Of a stretch of 64,000 nucleotides of DNA, positions 59,801 through 64,000 are shown piece by piece. The position numbers and the translations under genes were made by a program. The stretch is from positions 14,632,001 to 14,696,000 of the forward strand of contig NC_047068.1 of NCBI RefSeq assembly GCF_902459465.1, read 5' to 3'. How positions within the stretch are numbered: position 1 is the first letter of the stretch; every line of letters begins with the position of its first letter. The stretch comes from Asterias rubens (Eukaryota). Below the pieces are notes generated by a model. The model did no database searches. It was not told where the DNA came from and saw nothing but the letters and a program-made list of their open reading frames with translations.

Positions 59801-62800
59801 AGTAGGGCATGGAAGCTAATAAAAATAATAAACAGCACTTAAATGCGCTCTGCTTAGGAGAAAAATAATTATAATAGTTCATATCTATATATATTTGGTT
59901 TGCAGTAAAGCATGTGTGTATCTACTTGCAAGGTAGAGTTTGTTCTTTAGAGAACTGTCTTTCTATATTCTACTACCGCGAAGTAGATTTATCGGATTGT
60001 TCAGGAAACTTCTTAGTTCTGAAAAAAAATTGTCTTTCTATTTTCTACTACCGCGGGGTAGATTTATTGGATGTTCGGGAGACTTCTCAGTTCTGAATAG
60101 AACTGTCCTGATTTTAAACTATTACCTGGGCGGAGGGTATAGAAAATTGGCTAGGACTACTACTTTAGCTTATAGGATTGTTATTAACTGCATGACATCT
60201 TTTCTTCCAAACCCCCAAACACAACAAATAACGACAGATCGTACGCCAATCAATGTGACCGGCACAAACTACAACAGTCGAGATCCCGTCTTGTTGAGTG
60301 TCAGTGAAATCATCACCAAGCCTCTGGAGCCCAGCAAGTACCAGATCAAAGCGTTCTGTAAACTCCTCTTCAGCCAAATGCTGCGAGATCCAGGGGTGAA
60401 TACAACATTTCAATTTGTTTATTGTAGACCTCATTAAAATAATAGTTGGATTGAGCAAAGAAAAATTCATGTGACCTCCAGATTTATGCGACAGTGTACT
60501 TAACTTAGTGTACCTTTTGTTCATTACTGGATATTTGAAATATTTGCAGACGCACTGAATTTTGTTTGTATTCCTCAAGCATGTGTGTTGCCTCCTGCGC
60601 CTTGACCACCCAGCCGGGTGGATATGTGCGCATTACAAGTCTTATTATTATTTTATTATTATAACAAATGTTAACAAAGTAGAATCAAGGATTCAACCCT
60701 ACTTGAAGATAATGATTGATATTGATATTGAAGACTTAAAGTAATAAAAATCATATTAATTTGTAAACTTTTACAGGATGGTTAACTTACTCAAACTAGT
60801 AGGATTTGTTGTCGTACATGAAATATTGATTGATGCTGTTTTTGTTTTTGGTTTTTGTTTTTCCCTTTTCCTTCTTAATTTCTCTTGTTTTCTTCTTGCA
60901 GACATACTTCACTCGCGTCTTCTTCCCTGTGGCTTATATAATAGTATCAGTCATCTTGCAAGCAACGATCACATTCACCCCTCCCATCAACAAGAACCCA
61001 GATAGTTTGGCCCTGGTTCCGAGTCTGTACCTAGAGACTAGTGAAGCCGCACCCATGTATGACTCACTCACTTCCCTACTGTACCAAGACAACCTGGCTG
61101 CAAGTGAGAGTAAGTTTAGCAAGGTGTACATTTTGTGACTAGTCTTAGTATTTTTCTTCCTTTTTCGGGGGAGGAGTTGGGGGAGGGGTGACACATAGGG
61201 CCATGTCACAGGAGGCAATTTACAGGCAACCAGTTCCAGACAATCGCCAAGAAGAAAACACATTCGCATTTCAATGTTCACATTGTTTGAAAATTGACTC
61301 ATGTGCTACCAAAGTGGTCCTGTAGCATGCACTGCAGTGGGTTGCCTCCAAGTTGCCTGCAAAAGTTGCCTCGTGCGACAAGGCCCTAAGGTCCTATCTC
61401 CTGCACTCGCTACAGAAAATTAGCCTTTTGATTGCCACCCACTCTCATGGAACAGCCTTCCCCTCCTAGTTGTCTATGAATCATCAAAGCTTGGTTGCCA
61501 GAGAAAACCTTAAGTTCATGATATGAATGAGATTCTTCACGGCCTAGTTTTCATTGCACGGCATACCACAGAATTCTGCCCTTACTCTGCCCGATTAAAA
61601 ATCGCCCCTTCGTCAAAAAGCTCTTCGTCAATGTTTCTTTTGAGAATTTGTTTTTTTTTCAACAAAAGATTCATACAAGTTAAGCCCGGTTCATACTTCC
61701 TGCGAATGCGAATGCGATGTGAATTTTGCTGCATTATTCGCAAGAGAATTGAGCACATCTCAACTCAGTGCGAATTTCGTAGCGATTTTGTGACATCACT
61801 ATTCGCAACCCATTCGCAGGAAGTATGAACCGGGCTTTATTTATGCGTTTTTGTATAACACTGTGTAGTTCAGTAATTTGTTTGTGTTCTTTAAATTATT
61901 TTCATAACTGTACAGCGCAGATAGTATAGTTCTTCGTCACTTATTCTTTGGAGAACCATTTTTTTTTCAACAAAAGATTCATAGATGTTATGCGTTTTTG
62001 TAACAGGAGTGCGTTTTGGCGACCCCAACCAAAAACTGTTTCTGACGTCATAACCAAAACGGTAACCGAGCTCACAACTCGGTTATCGTTCAGTCTGAAC
62101 AGCAGAACCAACGACCAACAACCGAAACAGTTTTTGGTTGGGGTCGCCAAAACGCACTCCAGGGGTCTTGCTATAGACAGAATGCCCTGTACAAGAATGA
62201 TTTGTTATTATTATTATACAAGGTTGTCATGTATTTCCATTATGTTTATTTATTATAAACTTAGATATCTCATTGTTGGTCGATCAGTTTGAGCAAATGG
62301 GTATTCAGAGTGACACCATAGCAAACATGAGTGCCATGTTTTCTCAAGCGCCACACAACATGGCCACTGTGGTTAACACTTTGGGAACGTCCGTAAGTAA
62401 ATTATTTTAAAGGCAAAGTATACCTTTGGTTTTTTGTAACCGTTTGATTCTTTTAATTGTATATAAATGTGGATGTACATGTATACAAACAAAACTAACC
62501 TGTGAAAATTTTGCAGTTTTGGGATATTGCCCCCAAAAAATTGTTTAAAGGCAGTGGACACTATTGGTAATTACTCAAAATAATTATTAGCATAAAACCT
62601 TTCTTGGTGACGAGTAATGGGGAGAGGTTGATGGTATAAAACATTGTGAGAAACGGCTCCCTCTGAAGTGCCATAGTTTTTGAGAAAGAAGTAATATTCC
62701 ATGAATTTGATTTCGAGACCTCAGATTTAGAACTTGAAGTCTCGAAATCAACCATCTAAATGCACACAACTTCGTGTGACAAGGGTGTTTTTTTCTTTCA

Positions 62801-63532
62801 TTATTATCTCGCCAGTTCTATGACCGATTGAGCTCAAATTTGCACAGGTTTGTTATTTTATGCATATGTTGAGATACAGCAACTGTGAAGCTAGTCTTTG
62901 ACAATTACCAATAGTGTCCACTGCCTTTAACACTATGGACAATTGTTCTGAGTTTTACTCATATATATAATCATTACACACTCTATACATAACTATAACA
63001 AAATAAGACAAACTTTTAAATCTTAAAAAAAAAATTGCATGGTCCAGCGGTATTTCCAATTTCAATTGAATGTAATCACCTCTTACCTTGACAAAAAATT
63101 GGTTGACACTTATCATATTAGAGAACTTAATTATGCTATCTTTATGAGAATCAGTTTTGATATATCCACCATCCCTTTTAGTTTTTTTTGTTTACCATCA
63201 TTGAGCAGAAGGATTTACCGAGTGTTCTAAAGTTTCTCTCTTTTCATTGTTTCAATTTTCAGAGCGCGACACCAGGCTTCGTTGCACTGTACAACGACAC
63301 TGCCATGCATTCTCTGCCAATCATACTGGGTCTACTGAATAATGCCTTGGTGCCGTTGCAGACAGCGGGCCAGACCTTCCTGAACATGACCGTTTTCAAC
63401 CACCCGTTCCCCCAGTCTTCCAGCACGCAGAGTTACACCTTCAACTCAGGTTTCTTCCTGGTGTTGTTACTCTTCATGGCTTTCAGTTCACCACCAGGGG
63501 GGTTTGTCGTCAACATTGTCAAGGAACGACAG
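47837..63532 (+). CDS. ABC transporter subfamily A, ABCA5-like (5' part, 19 exons, ~1087 aa; continues beyond the window)
   Basis: Exons 47837-47914, 49380-49785, 50344-50462, 51201-51424, 52304-52446, 53321-53511, 53994-54135, 54779-54950, 55442-55506, 55845-56131, 56828-56947, 57731-57869, 58315-58405, 58920-59059, 59592-59771, 60238-60395, 60902-61109, 62265-62392, 63263-63532, all phase-consistent. Motifs: [15 protein letters not shown], Walker [10 protein letters not shown], signature LSGGQKRKL, Walker [39 protein letters not shown] and HSLPII in the second ectodomain. Orthology to ABCA5 specifically is inferred. Confidence 0.93.
48070..48353 (+). mobile_element. MITE family A, 5'-degraded copy
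   Basis: Shares the CTTACTTGGTAAC...GGAGAGCTGTTGATAGTAT...CTCCCTCTGAAGT core; ends GTCCAGTGCCT. Confidence 0.6.
48518..48848. mobile_element. MITE with a nested hairpin element and 121-bp-period internal duplication
   Basis: Outer TIR AATGGACCCTTTTCATGAAATATG / CATATTTCATGAAAAGGGTCCATT. Inner TTTTTGGTTGGCAAAA...TTTTGCCAACCAAAA (48572-48695). GCAAAAGCCATAGCGTTGTGCACAAGCAGATG occurs at 48582 and 48703. Confidence 0.65.
50505..50650 (+). mobile_element. MITE family A, 3'-truncated copy
   Basis: TTAA|AGGCACTGGACACTATTGGTAAT followed by the family core. Confidence 0.7.
51602..51965. mobile_element. TTAA-flanked MITE (family B related)
   Basis: TTAA|AGGAACATTACAGAATTGG...CCAATTCTGTAACCTTTCT|TTAA. 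Confidence 0.7.
52940..53015 (+). mobile_element. tRNA-derived SINE head
   Basis: TGGCCTAGTTGGTAAG (A box) and GGTTCGAAATCCC (B box) without a pairing acceptor stem. Confidence 0.5.
53530..53611 (+). mobile_element. tRNA-derived SINE head (same family as 31394)
   Basis: TGTCATGGCAAGCGGTTAAGAGCACCGGACTCCAGCTCTG...GTGTGGGTTTCGGGTCC. Confidence 0.6.
54600..54768 (+). mobile_element. SINE 3' half with (TTA)n tail abutting the ABCA exon 8 acceptor
   Basis: GGCTGTATACTCCCCAGGGAGCTGAG...AAGCGCTTTGAG... followed by a TTA microsatellite ending about 10 nt before the AG at 54777-54778. Confidence 0.65.
58010..58085 (+). mobile_element. tRNA-derived SINE head
   Basis: TAGCTCAGTTGGTAGAG and GGTTCTAGTCCC boxes; related antisense fragments near 25895-25945 and 42620-42670. 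Confidence 0.55.
59960..60110. repeat. Imperfect ~65-bp tandem repeat (about 2.3 units)
   Basis: TGTCTTTCTAT.TTCTACTACCGCG..GTAGATTTAT at 59966 and 60031. Confidence 0.75.
61683..61836. mobile_element. Harbinger-like MITE, 154 bp, TTA TSD
   Basis: TTA|AGCCCGGTTCATACTTCCTGCGAATG...CATTCGCAGGAAGTATGAACCGGGCT|TTA. Confidence 0.85.
62004..62162. mobile_element. Hairpin MITE with 36-bp perfect TIR
   Basis: GGAGTGCGTTTTGGCGACCCCAACCAAAAACTGTTT ... AAACAGTTTTTGGTTGGGGTCGCCAAAACGCACTCC. Confidence 0.75.
62549..62926 (+). mobile_element. MITE family A (Kolobok-like), full 378-bp copy
   Basis: TTAA|AGGCAGTGGACACTATTGGTAATT...AATTACCAATAGTGTCCACTGCCT|TTAA with a perfect 24-bp TIR. Confidence 0.85.
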
Positions 63533-63624
63533 GTGAGTTGAGACTTTGAAGAAATGTTCCCAAATAATGGCTTTGACTAAGGCCCCCTGTCTTGGGCCCC
63601 CTGTGTTGGGCCCCATCAGATATT

Positions 63625-63824
63625 AGGGACTTTTCGTTTTCGACGACGGATGGTTCTGCGACGGTAAAGATGACATTTGGCGTCATCTGCGCATGCGTCG
63701 GCTTTGAGGACGGTCGTCCCTCAATTTCTACGACAGTACTGGGGATGAATCTTCGTTGTGCTGAAAACGACAACGTTTAGCTGAACAACTGTCGCAGAAC
63801 CGTCGTCGAAAACGAAAAGTCCCT
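63625..63824. mobile_element. 200-bp MITE
   Basis: ATT|AGGGACTTTTCGTTTTCGACGACGG...CCGTCGTCGAAAACGAAAAGTCCCT|ATT (TSD reads as ATT or TA). Confidence 0.8.
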
Positions 63825-64000
63825 ATTTTGAAAGCAGGGTCGACAGAGCCTGAGCCAGATACAGGAATTCAAACTTGATAGAGCCTTAGCTTAGCATGCA
63901 CTTGTCAAGATACAAGTATTTTAATGCAATCCATTTCAATTGAATTGTGTTTTTTCCTTGGTCATCCGTAATTGCATACATTTAGATGTGTAAAAAAAAT

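Noticed and set aside
60176-60237. Alternative ABCA acceptor at 60175 (TTATAG)
   Set aside because: It gives phase 2, incompatible with the phase-1 donor at 59772; the acceptor at 60237 fits.

Overview
Eukaryotic, AT-rich, intron-rich genomic DNA with GT-AG introns and dense MITE/SINE content. The gene set and repeat style suggest an invertebrate deuterostome, possibly an echinoderm such as a sea star; this is inference only. Most ORF-track entries are spurious because the real genes are spliced. I hand-assembled six phase-consistent gene models. (1,2) Two tandem, same-strand paralogs encode small secreted proteins whose only recognisable domain is a stand-alone anaphylatoxin-like six-cysteine module with an unusual long basic insert (4439-6060 and 17162-26941); these are the best candidate for an undescribed system. 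(3) A 7-exon minus-strand gene encodes a mostly low-complexity 439-aa protein with one C-terminal RRM (31259-36791); its exons 2-5 are bracketed by inverted repeats in a circRNA-like, frame-preserving configuration. (4) COX19 (36878-39332). (5) TEFM (43083-46066, minus). (6) The 5' part of an ABCA5-like transporter (47837 onward, running off the window). A 2.2-kb foldback element with ~850-bp inverted arms lies between the convergent COX19 and TEFM 3' ends. No rRNA, intact tRNA or CRISPR array was seen. All coordinates were counted by hand and no database search was run.
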